A stretch of DNA of 56,990 nt from Gammaproteobacteria bacterium (GCA_965662575.1 CBFIHN010000004.1:1-56990), one strand, 5' to 3'. Numbered from the stretch's first letter, positions 1 through 11,540 are shown. Numbers and translations are program-made. Notes: generated from the sequence alone by a model not told the origin.

Positions 1-94
1 GCTGACTGTCGGTCAGGCGTGCATAAGTAGCTGGTTGCTATACAACCAGGGGTGGCGGTTTCTTAATTGAATTCGCGCAATACATGGGACTGTC

Positions 95-1207
95 ATGGCA
101 AAGCTATCTCCATGTGCCAAGCCATCTTCGACAACAGCGCCAGATGATATAACGCCTACACAAGTTGGGGGGGACAACACGACGCTTCCTATCTATGCCA
201 ATGGTGAGGAAAATCTACAGTTTCAAGTGGTGAATAATGGTACTTATTGGGATCCTACGTACCCTGTGTTTCAGCCTGGCTTTGGCTCACGACTGGGTTT
301 TTTTGATGCGCATGGTCATTATGTGGTGATTAACTCCGGCATTTTCAATGCGGATGGCATTCAGATCAATACACAGCCAACCAGTATCTATATTTCTAGC
401 GGTCACTCCAGTCTGCAGAGTCAGGGATTGCCCTCGATACCATATTATTATGTCACGTTAAAAAACCGCACTGGCAATGTGACGCTATATCCCTTATATC
501 GCAAAACTAAAGGGATTAAGAGCTATATGGACGATTCTCTAGTGCTGGTGACTCAACAGGCAAAAAATTACGATGCTACGTCAGTTAATGTCCTGCTAGA
601 TCAGCCTCGTGTCTCGTTACTGCTAACTGGTGTGCGCGGATCAACTCGCCATGATTATGTTCAGCAACTTATGTCAGTGATAACACTAAAGCCTAAAGCT
701 GGTCAAGCTGGTGCTGGACTAAAAATCAAGGGTAAGGTTTATGCGCTAGCAAATATAAATACTCCCCCTTCGCCGATAGCTATTTCGAGCAATGTCTTCT
801 GTTTACAAACAGATAATTCACGCCCATTTCATTGGGCAACCTATGCTATTGGTAATGTGCCTTTGCGAACAGTAGCAGGGTTAACAAATAGGATATTGTT
901 AGCTATCAGTAGTTATCCAACACCAGCTGGTACTTTCTATCCAGGTCATGTCTATAGTAACTGGTTTAGTTATGATGGCAAAAAATATGGTTCAATATAC
1001 GATCTTCATATTTCATCACTATACGGAAAAGGTAATACGAGTGTCTATGAGTATACGCAAGCAAATTGCCAAGCAGCAAAAATGCAACCATTCCTTGTCT
1101 ATTTTTCATTTCATGATCAGTATGGCAATTTTTATCAAGTGGAAAAACAAGTGCAGCCAACAGCGCTTCCAGAGTACCTTTTTGCTGATTTTAAAAATTT
1201 GGTTTGA
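95..1207 (+). CDS. Hypothetical protein, paralog of the downstream ORF; probably N-terminally truncated or frameshifted
   Basis: 370-aa ORF sharing the motifs YANG..LQF, YWD..YP, DAxGH..NSGI, YMD, WATY and DQYGN with the next ORF. There is an in-frame stop at 68-70 and no signal peptide. Confidence 0.7.
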   Translation: MAKLSPCAKPSSTTAPDDITPTQVGGDNTTLPIYANGEENLQFQVVNNGTYWDPTYPVFQPGFGSRLGFFDAHGHYVVINSGIFNADGIQINTQPTSIYISSGHSSLQSQGLPSIPYYYVTLKNRTGNVTLYPLYRKTKGIKSYMDDSLVLVTQQAKNYDATSVNVLLDQPRVSLLLTGVRGSTRHDYVQQLMSVITLKPKAGQAGAGLKIKGKVYALANINTPPSPIAISSNVFCLQTDNSRPFHWATYAIGNVPLRTVAGLTNRILLAISSYPTPAGTFYPGHVYSNWFSYDGKKYGSIYDLHISSLYGKGNTSVYEYTQANCQAAKMQPFLVYFSFHDQYGNFYQVEKQVQPTALPEYLFADFKNLV

Positions 1208-1338
1208 TGTTGCGCTACCCTAATGGTTTATTACTAGTCCGTGCTTTATCTTTTGGGGTTTTTCAATGTCAAATATCAAGAATGCTGATGCATATGTCAG
1301 TATTAAGAGAGAAGTTTTACGTTACAAGTGAGAATGAT

Positions 1339-2997
1339 ATGGTAATAAATTTTTTTCGTTGTTTAACGGCCGCTTGCATGATATTAAATGCAGCAGTGGG
1401 CTATGGAACAAGTATTTCAGGTCAGTTTATTCAAGAAAAAGCGTATTTCTCTATCGAACAAGATGGCTATGGTGGTGTGGGCATGCTGAGTTACACTATT
1501 TTGCCCTGGGAAAAACCGACCATAGGGACCATCTTAAAGCATGGGAATGCTCTTTTTGTTATGAATTCATTTGGCAAAAAAATTGCCCAATATTATCCGC
1601 AAGAGGCTTTTCATCATATTGTCACTCCGGGCAAACCGAAGATTAGTTACATTCAACTGGCTTATGCCAAGGCCTCTGGTCAAACGACGCAATGCTCAGA
1701 TGGTGGTAGCTATAAAAAGGGTTATTGTTACCTTGGTCAGCCACAACTGGTTATCGCGCCCAATAAAGCGCCAATGCAAGATGCATACCCACCTGATGTG
1801 CGGATTAATGCGCCAGGAGACCTGGGGAACAAGATGTCAATGTATGCCAATGGTCGGCAATATTTACAGTTTGAAATGCAAGGTGGGCCACAGAATGCTG
1901 AGCTTGTTGCCCCTTATTATTGGGATCAAGCGTACCCTATCTCGCAATTGGTTTTTATTGATGCGCAAGGCCATGCGATCATCCCAAATAGTGGTATTGC
2001 TAATAAAGATGGTCTTTTAATTAGTACGGTGCCCCATACAATCTATCACCCGGCATGGGCTCCTCCAAAAGCGCCACAAGCTCACCGTGCTTTTTTTAAC
2101 GCTCGGAGCCATAATTCTGGCATCAAGACTGTTCATTTTTATGCATTGCACAGTTCGCAGTTTTTTTATCTCATGTCAGCAAAGGGATCTTATACAACAA
2201 CCATAACCTTACATCCGGATTATCTTTACGGTCCAGCAGTTGAGGATCAAAAAAATTATATGGACAAGCAGTTATCAGTGACGGAAGAATCCCCGCCGAA
2301 TTATAAGGCGCCTCAGTTCACATTGCATTACGGTGTAGGGACAAGAACTTTTATGCCACTATATTTTAAGGAGATTGGACTCCTGGGGCTACATGCTAGG
2401 GCAACATCTAAAATTTCTAAACCCTTAATCTTGCAATTTAAGATCAATTCAAAAAGACCTGTACTCCGGATAGTAGGTCATGTTAATGCCTCGGTTTTTC
2501 CAGTCGAAAACCCAGCAACTATCAAGTCTCCAATTTTGGTTCGTACGATTAATTGTAAGCACAGTTACCATGAGTCTTCTCACAACGATGGTATTGAACC
2601 GTGGGCCACGTATCGAATAACACAGAGCAGTACCAGTCGCTACCCGTCACTAGTGATTAAGTCAATTAGTCATCCACTACCTGCTAAAACAGATGTGCAG
2701 CTTCATTGGGGGATTGCTTACCATGCTGGGTACATTCATTACTCCCCAATATATTTGGATGGCAATCCGACTTTGCGAGGTGAGAGTAACGTTGCCAATG
2801 TTTATACCCATACTGAAAATTTATGCGCAGGAAGACAGCACGTTAATCCGATTACGGAGGATTATTACGTTGGTGGTCCCTATAGCTTTTATCTGAATGG
2901 GTCAGATCAATATGGTAATCGATTTAGTGTTATAGAAACGCTTGTACCTATGGCATCAACAACGCAACTAACAGCACAGATTAGCCCTCCACAGTAG
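1339..2997 (+). CDS. Hypothetical secreted beta-rich protein
   Basis: ORF track gives 1204..2997. The likely start is ATG 1339, giving the signal-peptide-like MVINFFRCLTAACMILNAAVGYG. Paralog of the ORF at 95..1207. Confidence 0.75.
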   Translation: MVINFFRCLTAACMILNAAVGYGTSISGQFIQEKAYFSIEQDGYGGVGMLSYTILPWEKPTIGTILKHGNALFVMNSFGKKIAQYYPQEAFHHIVTPGKPKISYIQLAYAKASGQTTQCSDGGSYKKGYCYLGQPQLVIAPNKAPMQDAYPPDVRINAPGDLGNKMSMYANGRQYLQFEMQGGPQNAELVAPYYWDQAYPISQLVFIDAQGHAIIPNSGIANKDGLLISTVPHTIYHPAWAPPKAPQAHRAFFNARSHNSGIKTVHFYALHSSQFFYLMSAKGSYTTTITLHPDYLYGPAVEDQKNYMDKQLSVTEESPPNYKAPQFTLHYGVGTRTFMPLYFKEIGLLGLHARATSKISKPLILQFKINSKRPVLRIVGHVNASVFPVENPATIKSPILVRTINCKHSYHESSHNDGIEPWATYRITQSSTSRYPSLVIKSISHPLPAKTDVQLHWGIAYHAGYIHYSPIYLDGNPTLRGESNVANVYTHTENLCAGRQHVNPITEDYYVGGPYSFYLNGSDQYGNRFSVIETLVPMASTTQLTAQISPPQ

Positions 2998-3196
2998 CAT
3001 ATGATTGTTTGAAAATACGTGTATTCATGTTGTCTAACATGTCAGCCTGGGGGGGGTGAGCTTGAGCTTAGTCAGCGCGGTTGCATTTGTGACCGTTTTG
3101 ATGGGTCATTAGGTCAAACCAGGCTGTCGGCTATAATTTAGTGGCCGATCAGTATATAGTGATCATTCTCTCTCAAGTCCGAAGTTACCTAAGCCG

Positions 3197-5362
3197 ATGT
3201 CGAAAAAACACAAGTCCGATCCACATGCTGCGCGTGAGGCAGCGCGCTATGACAACCCAGTGGCAAGCCGTGAGTGGATTTTACAGCATATTGAGCAGGC
3301 GGCGCAGCCACTATCACGCCAAGACCTTGAGCAGGCTTTGGGTGTGAGCACGGAGGCGCAAATTGAGGGGTTACGCCGGCGCTTGCGTGCGATGACGCGT
3401 GATGCACAGTTAGTTTGTGATCATCATGGGAGTTATAGCTTATTTAATCGGGATGATTTGTTAGAAGGCACCGTGATTGCCAGTCAAAAAGGCAGTGGCA
3501 TGATACAAACGGACAATGGGGAAGTCTTTTTGTCTCGGCGGGAAATGCGAGCCGTATTCCCGGGTGATGAGGTGTTAGTCAAAATGATTCATGACTCAGG
3601 CCGTGAGCGGCTTGAGGGCTCGATAGTTGAGATATCTAAACGCAATACCTTGCAATTAGTCGGTCGTTTAAGCCAAGATCATGACAGCTATTTCGTGACG
3701 CCTGACAATCACTTAATCAACAAAAAAATCACGGTTTTGCCTCAAGATACCCAGGGTGCGAGGCATGGCCAATATGTGTTAATTAACATGATACAGCAGC
3801 CGAGTGCGCATACTCAGGCGGTTGCGAAAGTGGTGCGTATTTTAGGGGATGCATTGACTGTTGATGTTGCCACTGATATGGCTATTCGTCATTTTTCTTT
3901 GCCGCATACGTGGCCAAAAAACCTCGAACAACAGGCGAAAGAGTTAGAATCTGTCGCCGTGGAGCACAGTGAAGATCGCGTCGATTTGCGTGATTTAGAT
4001 TTAATCACCATTGATGGTGCAGATGCTCGTGATTTTGATGATGCGGTTTATTGCGCAGCCGATAAAACGGGTTTTCGTTTGGTGGTGGCAATTGCTGATG
4101 TTGCACACTATATCAAACCGGGTTCTGCGATTGATCAAGAGGCGCAAGCTCGCGGTACCTCAGTTTATTTTCCACAGCGGGTTGTGCCGATGTTGCCGGA
4201 GGTTTTATCAAATAATTTATGTTCGTTGGTGCCCAACCAAGATCGTTATTGCTTGGTTTGTGACTTGCGGGTTAGTCAACAAGGCGAAATTAAAAACACA
4301 CAATTTTATCCAGCCACCATGCATTCAAAAGCGCGGTTGACCTATCAACAAGCGCATCAAATTTTGCTCGAAGAGCATGCCGAGCTGCAGCAGCAGTTTT
4401 CATCTGTATTGCCCAACCTCTATAATCTCTACGCGGTTTATCAGGCTTTAGCAAAACAGCGTCAACGACGCGGTGCCTTAGATTTTGAAACTAATGAAAC
4501 GGTGATTGAGTTTGATGATTTTGGTCAAGTCAAACAAATGCATGCTGCGGTGCGCAACGAGGCACATAAGTTGATTGAAGAGTGTATGTTGGCGGCTAAC
4601 CAAGCAACAGCTGAGTTTTTGCTGCAGCAGCAAACGGCGGCATTGTTTCGCAATCACCCTGAGCCCAAACAAGAGAAAATTAACGAACTGCGACAGTTTT
4701 TAAGTTTGCGTGGTATTCAGCTAGATGGTGGTGAGACACCAAACACCAGGGCATTGAATAAGGCGTTGGCACAAGCCAAAGCGATTAGCAACGATTTTGC
4801 TCAAACCTTACAAACTATGATTTTACGCAGTTTAACACAGGCCGTTTATGAGCCTGATAATCTTGGGCACTACGGTTTGGCCTTTGCGTCTTATGTGCAG
4901 TTTACGTCGCCAATTCGTCGTTACCCGGATCTGGTTGCGCATCGTGCGATCCGCCATGCAATCAAGGCGAGGGATGGTTTGGTTTATGACGAGGCCACAC
5001 TGAATCAGTTAGGTCAGGACTGCTCGTTTACTGAGCGTCGGGCGGAAGATGCGGGGCGTGATGTTGTCTCGAATCTGAAATGTGCTTACATGCATGACAA
5101 GGTTGGTGAGACTTACCCTGGGGTCATTAGTGGGGTGATTCATTTTGGTTTCTTTGTCACGATAAATGATTTGTTAATTGATGGTTTAGTTCATGTCGCT
5201 AATTTACGGGATGACTATTATTATTTTGATGAAAAATCACAACAGCTGGTGGGTGAACGCAGCAAGATGAGCTTTCAAATGGGTGATCGCGTGACCATTC
5301 AAGTCGCTCGTGTTGATGTGGCGGAGCGTAAGATTGATTTTAGTTTAGTCGACGTAAAATAA
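3197..5362 (+). CDS. rnr: Ribonuclease R
   Basis: RNB motifs TIDGADARDFDDA and FTSPIRRYPDL, N-terminal HTH/CSD region, C-terminal S1 domain. Confidence 0.97.
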   Translation: MSKKHKSDPHAAREAARYDNPVASREWILQHIEQAAQPLSRQDLEQALGVSTEAQIEGLRRRLRAMTRDAQLVCDHHGSYSLFNRDDLLEGTVIASQKGSGMIQTDNGEVFLSRREMRAVFPGDEVLVKMIHDSGRERLEGSIVEISKRNTLQLVGRLSQDHDSYFVTPDNHLINKKITVLPQDTQGARHGQYVLINMIQQPSAHTQAVAKVVRILGDALTVDVATDMAIRHFSLPHTWPKNLEQQAKELESVAVEHSEDRVDLRDLDLITIDGADARDFDDAVYCAADKTGFRLVVAIADVAHYIKPGSAIDQEAQARGTSVYFPQRVVPMLPEVLSNNLCSLVPNQDRYCLVCDLRVSQQGEIKNTQFYPATMHSKARLTYQQAHQILLEEHAELQQQFSSVLPNLYNLYAVYQALAKQRQRRGALDFETNETVIEFDDFGQVKQMHAAVRNEAHKLIEECMLAANQATAEFLLQQQTAALFRNHPEPKQEKINELRQFLSLRGIQLDGGETPNTRALNKALAQAKAISNDFAQTLQTMILRSLTQAVYEPDNLGHYGLAFASYVQFTSPIRRYPDLVAHRAIRHAIKARDGLVYDEATLNQLGQDCSFTERRAEDAGRDVVSNLKCAYMHDKVGETYPGVISGVIHFGFFVTINDLLIDGLVHVANLRDDYYYFDEKSQQLVGERSKMSFQMGDRVTIQVARVDVAERKIDFSLVDVK

Positions 5363-5864
5363 TAGACACTGATCCTGAGCCCCCCAATGGTTTGGGGGGT
5401 GAGCAAAAGGCCATGACGTGCTCTAATTGCCGTAACCAGACAGTCACTTGGTTTTTTAAAATGGGCGCACCACTGTGTCGCTGCCCTTTTCCATGAATAA
5501 CACAAACACAGCGCAAACCCTGCTGTTGACTGTCATGCAAAAACGCCAGTAATGCGGTGCGTGCTTGCTCAATCGTCAAGCCATGGAGATCGATGGTGTC
5601 TTCAGGGCGTATATTGCCGGTTTTGAGCTGCTTGACAAGCGATTTTTGGATGCCTGGTCGATAAAAACTAACCAGATCTTCTGCAGCCAGTGGTTCGGCA
5701 ATAAAGTCAGATAAGGGCTCATGGTGAGTGATATTTTCAGTGGGTAGTTGCTTAACGCTGGCTTTGGGTTTGGCCTTCTGTGTCACGATACGATCGGATT
5801 TTTTCCGTGGCGTTATACCGCTTTCCTGCATAAACTGTTTAAACTCATCGCTGTTCATGGTCAT
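5340..5864 (-). CDS. Smr/MutS2 C-terminal domain endonuclease (SmrA-like)
   Basis: IDLHGLT...VIHGKG...GGSG Smr motifs. Confidence 0.9.
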   Translation of the reverse strand: MTMNSDEFKQFMQESGITPRKKSDRIVTQKAKPKASVKQLPTENITHHEPLSDFIAEPLAAEDLVSFYRPGIQKSLVKQLKTGNIRPEDTIDLHGLTIEQARTALLAFLHDSQQQGLRCVCVIHGKGQRHSGAPILKNQVTVWLRQLEHVMAFCSPPKPLGGSGSVSIILRRLN

Positions 5865-6181
5865 GCCGCTTGGGCCGTTACCTGATAGTAAGTCTCACCT
5901 GGTTTGATTAATCCCAATTCTTCACGAGCGCGTTCAATCACTGCTGTGTCAGTGTGTTTGAGTGCATACACTTGTTTGATTAATCGCTCATTGCGTGCGG
6001 TGGCCTGTTGGTTGTGCGCAGTGAGTTTAGCAATGGTTTGATTTAACCTATGCGTTGCTGGGATGCTGGTGTGGCCAAACCAAAGTTGTGCTTGTAGCCA
6101 AGTTAACAGCAACAGTAGTAGCAGCAATAGTAGGCCGATAGGCATGGGTTTTTTGATGGTATTGTGTTGAGATTTTGGCAT
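5861..6181 (-). CDS. ftsB: Cell division protein FtsB (start uncertain)
   Basis: TM helix, LWFG, coiled coil and ERAREELGLIKPGET; lies directly downstream of eno. Confidence 0.9.
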   Translation of the reverse strand: MPKSQHNTIKKPMPIGLLLLLLLLLLTWLQAQLWFGHTSIPATHRLNQTIAKLTAHNQQATARNERLIKQVYALKHTDTAVIERAREELGLIKPGETYYQVTAQAA

Positions 6182-6232
6182 GTGATTTCTCAATCCCGGG
6201 GTTGGCCGGACGGTGCAATACGCAAACGAAAA

Positions 6233-6257
6233 GGTCCCCGCTTGCGCGGGAATGACA
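6233..6257 (-). repeat. REP/RPE-like short palindrome (family C), GTCATTCCCGCGCAAGCGGGGACC
   Basis: Hairpin resembling the copies at 25632 and ~34696. Confidence 0.6.
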
Positions 6258-6298
6258 TTCTCATCAATTGAAGTACAGCACCGACGATGGCTGGTATC

Positions 6299-7618
<1,320 letters not shown>

Positions 7619-7659
7619 TTAGCATGGATGACTTCTACTGACTGTCAGTGACAAATAAT

Positions 7660-7788
7660 GGGACGGTTGAAAACCAATTTTTAGCGGCACTAGCATCGTT
7701 GAAAAAACTGAAAAACTGCCCATTTATTCGGTATAAACCCCGCTATTTTGATTTTTCTCGTCTAGCTATTGCTCGCTATAAAGCAGCT
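7660..7788 (+). mobile_element. Family A MITE, degenerate copy lacking the right terminal repeat
   Basis: Colinear with the copy at 7890-8031 up to GCTCGCTATAAAGCAGCT. Confidence 0.85.
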
Positions 7789-7889
7789 GATGAGACTTGG
7801 TAAGTGATGAAATAACACGGGTAAAGGACTGCTGATTGCTGATATTCCTTGCATATTCGTGTATTTTACGCGGCAAAAGATCCATACAT

Positions 7890-8031
7890 GGGACTGTTGC
7901 AAACCAGTTTCTAGCGACACTAGCGTCGTTGAGAAAAATGAAAAAACTGCTCATTTATTAGGTATAAACGCCGCTTTTTTAATTTTTTTCGTCTAGCTAT
8001 TGCTCGCTATAAGCCGGCTTACAACAGCCCC
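7890..8031 (+). mobile_element. Family A MITE, full copy with target duplication ATACAT
   Basis: Terminal inverted repeats GGGACTGTTGCAA / TTACAACAGCCCC; ATACAT at 7884-7889 and 8032-8037. Confidence 0.9.
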
Positions 8032-8116
8032 ATACATACAAAATAAAGCTAGACTTTTATCACGAACTAACCTTGAGTTTTGTCGTGTTAATCCAGGCTG
8101 TAAGAGACGCAATATC

Positions 8117-9346
8117 ATGAACTTAAAATTAATCGGCAGTACTTTTATCATGACAGGAACCGCCATTGGTGCCGGGATGTTAGCATTGCCTTTGGTCAGT
8201 GGTGCAGTTGGCTTGCCATTGGCGTTAGCGTTGTTAGTGACTATTTGGATTGTGATGACCCTAACGGGCTTGATGGTGCTTGAAGTCTGTTTGGCGCTTA
8301 AGCATGGGCGGAATAATTTCCATAGCATGGCGAAGGAAACTTTAGGTCCTATCGGCCAAGTGGTTGCCTGGATAATGGTTTTGGTATTGCTCTATGCATT
8401 AACTGCTGCCTATATTTCTGGCGATGCGTCGTTATTAACCACGCTGCTTCAAGGGACTTTTGGTGTCATGGTCCCTGGTTGGATTAATGCCATGATATTT
8501 ACGGTAGTATTTGGCGGTGTGGTCACTTGGAGTACTCGTGCAGTTGATTTACTTAATCGGGGGTTGATGTCGTTCAAGATGATTGCCTTGATTATTACTA
8601 TCGCCTTACTATTACCCAGGGTGAATGTAGTCAATTTGGCCAGTGAGCCTGGGCATGCCAGATATCTATGGGTCATGGCACCAATTTTTCTGACTTCCTT
8701 TGGTTTTCACACCTCAATTCCCAGCGTGGTGACTTATATGCGCCGTGACGTCAAAGCGCTACGCAAAATTATCCTTTGGGGAGCGGGCATCCCCATGATT
8801 GTCTATGTGCTGTGGTTATTGGTTACGCTGGGTATTATCCCGCTTTATGGTGCGGATGATAGTTTCCAAAGTCTCGCGCTACAACATGGTTCGGTTGGTA
8901 TGTTGGTCAAAGTGATTGATCATTTGGCGCATAGTTCATCCGTCGATTTTGGTATTAATCTATTTTCAAATATTGCGATGACAACCTCGTTTCTGGGTGT
9001 CTCTCTGGGATTGTTTGATTTTCTGGCGGATGGGTTTAAACGGCCAAATAGTCGTCAAGGTCGCGTTGGTACGTCACTGATGACTTTTTTATTGCCATTG
9101 GCCTTTGCTATTTTTTACCCCAAAGGTTTCATTGCTGCTTTGGGGTTTGCTGCATTTTGCGTTGCCGTGCTTGAAGTGATTATGCCGCCATTGATGGTCT
9201 ATCAGCTGCGGCGAAGTGACAAATTACACTCACCGTATCGCCTAATAGGTGGTCACACACTGTTGTTGATGGTTCTGTTGGTTGGTGTGGTTTTAGCCTT
9301 GACGGAGCTGGCCGATAGATTGTCGCTGTTGCCAACATTTCATTAA
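8117..9346 (+). CDS. Aromatic amino acid permease (TyrP/Mtr family)
   Basis: GTAIGAGMLALP, TSFGFH, TTSFLGV motifs; ATG at 8117. The longer ORF start at 8000 lies inside the MITE. Confidence 0.92.
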   Translation: MNLKLIGSTFIMTGTAIGAGMLALPLVSGAVGLPLALALLVTIWIVMTLTGLMVLEVCLALKHGRNNFHSMAKETLGPIGQVVAWIMVLVLLYALTAAYISGDASLLTTLLQGTFGVMVPGWINAMIFTVVFGGVVTWSTRAVDLLNRGLMSFKMIALIITIALLLPRVNVVNLASEPGHARYLWVMAPIFLTSFGFHTSIPSVVTYMRRDVKALRKIILWGAGIPMIVYVLWLLVTLGIIPLYGADDSFQSLALQHGSVGMLVKVIDHLAHSSSVDFGINLFSNIAMTTSFLGVSLGLFDFLADGFKRPNSRQGRVGTSLMTFLLPLAFAIFYPKGFIAALGFAAFCVAVLEVIMPPLMVYQLRRSDKLHSPYRLIGGHTLLLMVLLVGVVLALTELADRLSLLPTFH

Positions 9347-9398
9347 TATCCGATTGCGCGTATGATACATCGACTATCATGACGTAAAACTTATTGTG

Positions 9399-10568
9399 AT
9401 GAGTAAAATATTCATTGTCGGTGCCGGACCTGCGGGTTTGAGTATGGCGTGTGCTTTGGCTAACACCGCTGTTGATATAACGATCATTGATTTGCAATCT
9501 CCTGAGGTGTTGTCTGGTCCAAAGCCAGATGGTCGCGCGATTGCTATGACCCATCTTTCTCAGAGTATCTTAAAAGAATACGGGGTTTGGCAGCGTATTC
9601 CCCAAGATAGTATTTACCCCATCAAAGAAGCTAAAGTATTTAATGCTGGTCAGCCCTATGCCCTGCATTTTGAACGGACTGATGATGTTGAGGCACCATT
9701 GGGTCACTTCATTCCCAACCACCTGATTCGTCAGGCCTTATATCAGCAAGTGAGTCAGCAAGATAATGTCACTTTCTGTTTAGGGCAAAAAGTGGTTGAA
9801 GCCAAAGGAGGTCGACAGCAAGCACAGGTGATTTTAGAGAATGGCCGTGAACTAGAGGCTGATTTGTTGATTGTGGCAGATAGTCGCTTTTCACCCGTAC
9901 GACGTCTGTTGGGTGTCAGTGCAGCAATGAAAGACTTTGGTCGTGTGATGATGGTCACTGATATGAAACATAGTCAGCCACATCATCATGTTGCGAGTGA
10001 AAATTTTTATTACGGCAAAACGTGCGCTATTTTACCATTGAACGAGCATCGTTCATCAGTGGTGATTACTCTGCCTGCAACGTTAAGCAATGAATTGCAA
10101 GCACTGGATAAACCAGCTTTTGCTAGGGAAGTCGAAAAAATGCTGACCCATCGTTTGGGTCAAATGACAGTGCTCAGTGATACGGTGAGCTATCCATTGA
10201 TCGGTTGTTTTGCTGATCAGTTCGTCGGTGAGCGTTTTGCTTTAGTCGGTGATGCCGCCGTTGGTATGCATCCTGTGACCGCACATGGTTTTAATTTGGG
10301 TTTGCGCAGTGCCGATACATTGGCTACTCAGATCATGAAAGCGCTAAATAAAGGTCAAGATGTTGGTGCAGCATCAGTGCTCTGGCAATATCAGCTGCGG
10401 CATCGTTTATTAGCACGCCCCTTATATGAAGGAACTAACTTGATTGTTAAGTTATACAACAATGAACGGCCGTTAGCCAAATTGATGCGTCCAGCAGCAC
10501 TGCGTTTGGCCAATCGATTGCCGTTATTTAGACAGTTGGTTACTGGGCATTTAACTCATTCACGTTAG
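9399..10568 (+). CDS. ubiM: FAD-dependent ubiquinone biosynthesis hydroxylase, UbiM-like
   Basis: GAGPAG, DGRAIA, ADSRFS and GDAAVGMHPVTAHGFNLG, the last two typical of UbiM. Confidence 0.85.
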   Translation: MSKIFIVGAGPAGLSMACALANTAVDITIIDLQSPEVLSGPKPDGRAIAMTHLSQSILKEYGVWQRIPQDSIYPIKEAKVFNAGQPYALHFERTDDVEAPLGHFIPNHLIRQALYQQVSQQDNVTFCLGQKVVEAKGGRQQAQVILENGRELEADLLIVADSRFSPVRRLLGVSAAMKDFGRVMMVTDMKHSQPHHHVASENFYYGKTCAILPLNEHRSSVVITLPATLSNELQALDKPAFAREVEKMLTHRLGQMTVLSDTVSYPLIGCFADQFVGERFALVGDAAVGMHPVTAHGFNLGLRSADTLATQIMKALNKGQDVGAASVLWQYQLRHRLLARPLYEGTNLIVKLYNNERPLAKLMRPAALRLANRLPLFRQLVTGHLTHSR

Positions 10569-10581
10569 TTGTGCTGTGCTT

Positions 10582-10750
10582 AATAAACCACCCCGCCGCA
10601 AGCAGCGGGGTATTTTATCCCTAGTAATATTTCGCCTATGCGGCAAAGCTGCATCAACGGCGACCTAAGGGGAGCATCCGCCGGCTCCCCTTAGGAAACC
10701 CCAGGCGTTAAAGTGCCCGTGGCAAGCCACGGGGTATTCTCTTTAATTAA
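10582..10750 (+). mobile_element. Family B three-hairpin non-autonomous element, copy 1 (IS200/IS605-end-like)
   Basis: Near-identical to 27466-27634 and to the reverse complement of 25705-25875; terminal hairpins CCCCGCCGCAAGCAGCGGGG and CCCGTGGCAAGCCACGGG. Confidence 0.85.
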
Positions 10751-10805
10751 TTTTAACAGTCCCTAGCTCCCGACTGTGTGAGAATTAGGGAATTAACGTC
10801 AACTG

Positions 10806-11534
10806 TCATAGCCGTTTTAGTTGATTAATGTCTTGTGTCGATAGTTCGGCGTATTTGCCCAGATGTAGCGATCTGGGTAGTAAGATATTGGCAAAGCGAA
10901 TACGAATTAATCGGCTGACAGTGAGGCCTTGGGATTCCCATAGTCGCCGCACTTCACGATTGCGCCCTTCACGTAAGGTGACATGATACCAATGGTTTTT
11001 GCCTTCACCGCCGGCATCTCTAAGGCGCGTAAACTGTGCAAAACCATCATCAAGCATGACTCCTTGACGTAAGTTATCGAGGCTTTCTTTGCTCGCATCG
11101 CCAAAAACGCGCACCGCATATTCACGTTCAATTTCATTGGATGGGTGCGTGAGTTGATTGGCCAGTTCGCCATCCGTGGTAAAGAGTAATAAGCCTTGGG
11201 TGGTTAAGTCCAAACGGCCAACATTAATCCAGCGACCACGAGTTAATTTAGGTAAACGGTCAAACACAGTCTTGCGACCTTTTTCATCGCGTCGAGAACA
11301 GACTTCATCAGCAGGTTTATTGTAGATCAACACGCGAGTTGTGTCTGGTGTTCTTTGTTGTAATCGGATCAAGCGTCCATCAACACGAATTTGATCTTGT
11401 GTTGTTGCGCGCTCCCCAATTTTAGCGATTTTACCATTAATGCTAATGCGTCTCTGTTCGATCCAGCGTTCAATTTCACGGCGTGAGCCCAGGCCTGCTT
11501 GAGCAAGTAGTTTGTGTATTTTTTCAGTGCCCAT
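10806..11534 (-). CDS. rluB: 23S rRNA pseudouridine synthase RluB
   Basis: S4 domain (GLGSRREIE), GRLD, EGRNREVRRLWE. Confidence 0.93.
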   Translation of the reverse strand: MGTEKIHKLLAQAGLGSRREIERWIEQRRISINGKIAKIGERATTQDQIRVDGRLIRLQQRTPDTTRVLIYNKPADEVCSRRDEKGRKTVFDRLPKLTRGRWINVGRLDLTTQGLLLFTTDGELANQLTHPSNEIEREYAVRVFGDASKESLDNLRQGVMLDDGFAQFTRLRDAGGEGKNHWYHVTLREGRNREVRRLWESQGLTVSRLIRIRFANILLPRSLHLGKYAELSTQDINQLKRL

Positions 11535-11540
11535 TTATTG

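Noticed and set aside
3049-3056. G8 tract as a phase-variation site
   Set aside because: Intergenic and not within a recognisable promoter spacer or CDS.
7660-8031. Adjacent repeats as a CRISPR array
   Set aside because: Units are ~140 bp and dispersed, with no regular spacers and no cas genes.
8000-8116. ORF starts or ORFs within MITEs (8000, 7766..7954, 19061..19387, 22718, 53188)
   Set aside because: The frames derive from repeat sequence; better starts exist downstream.
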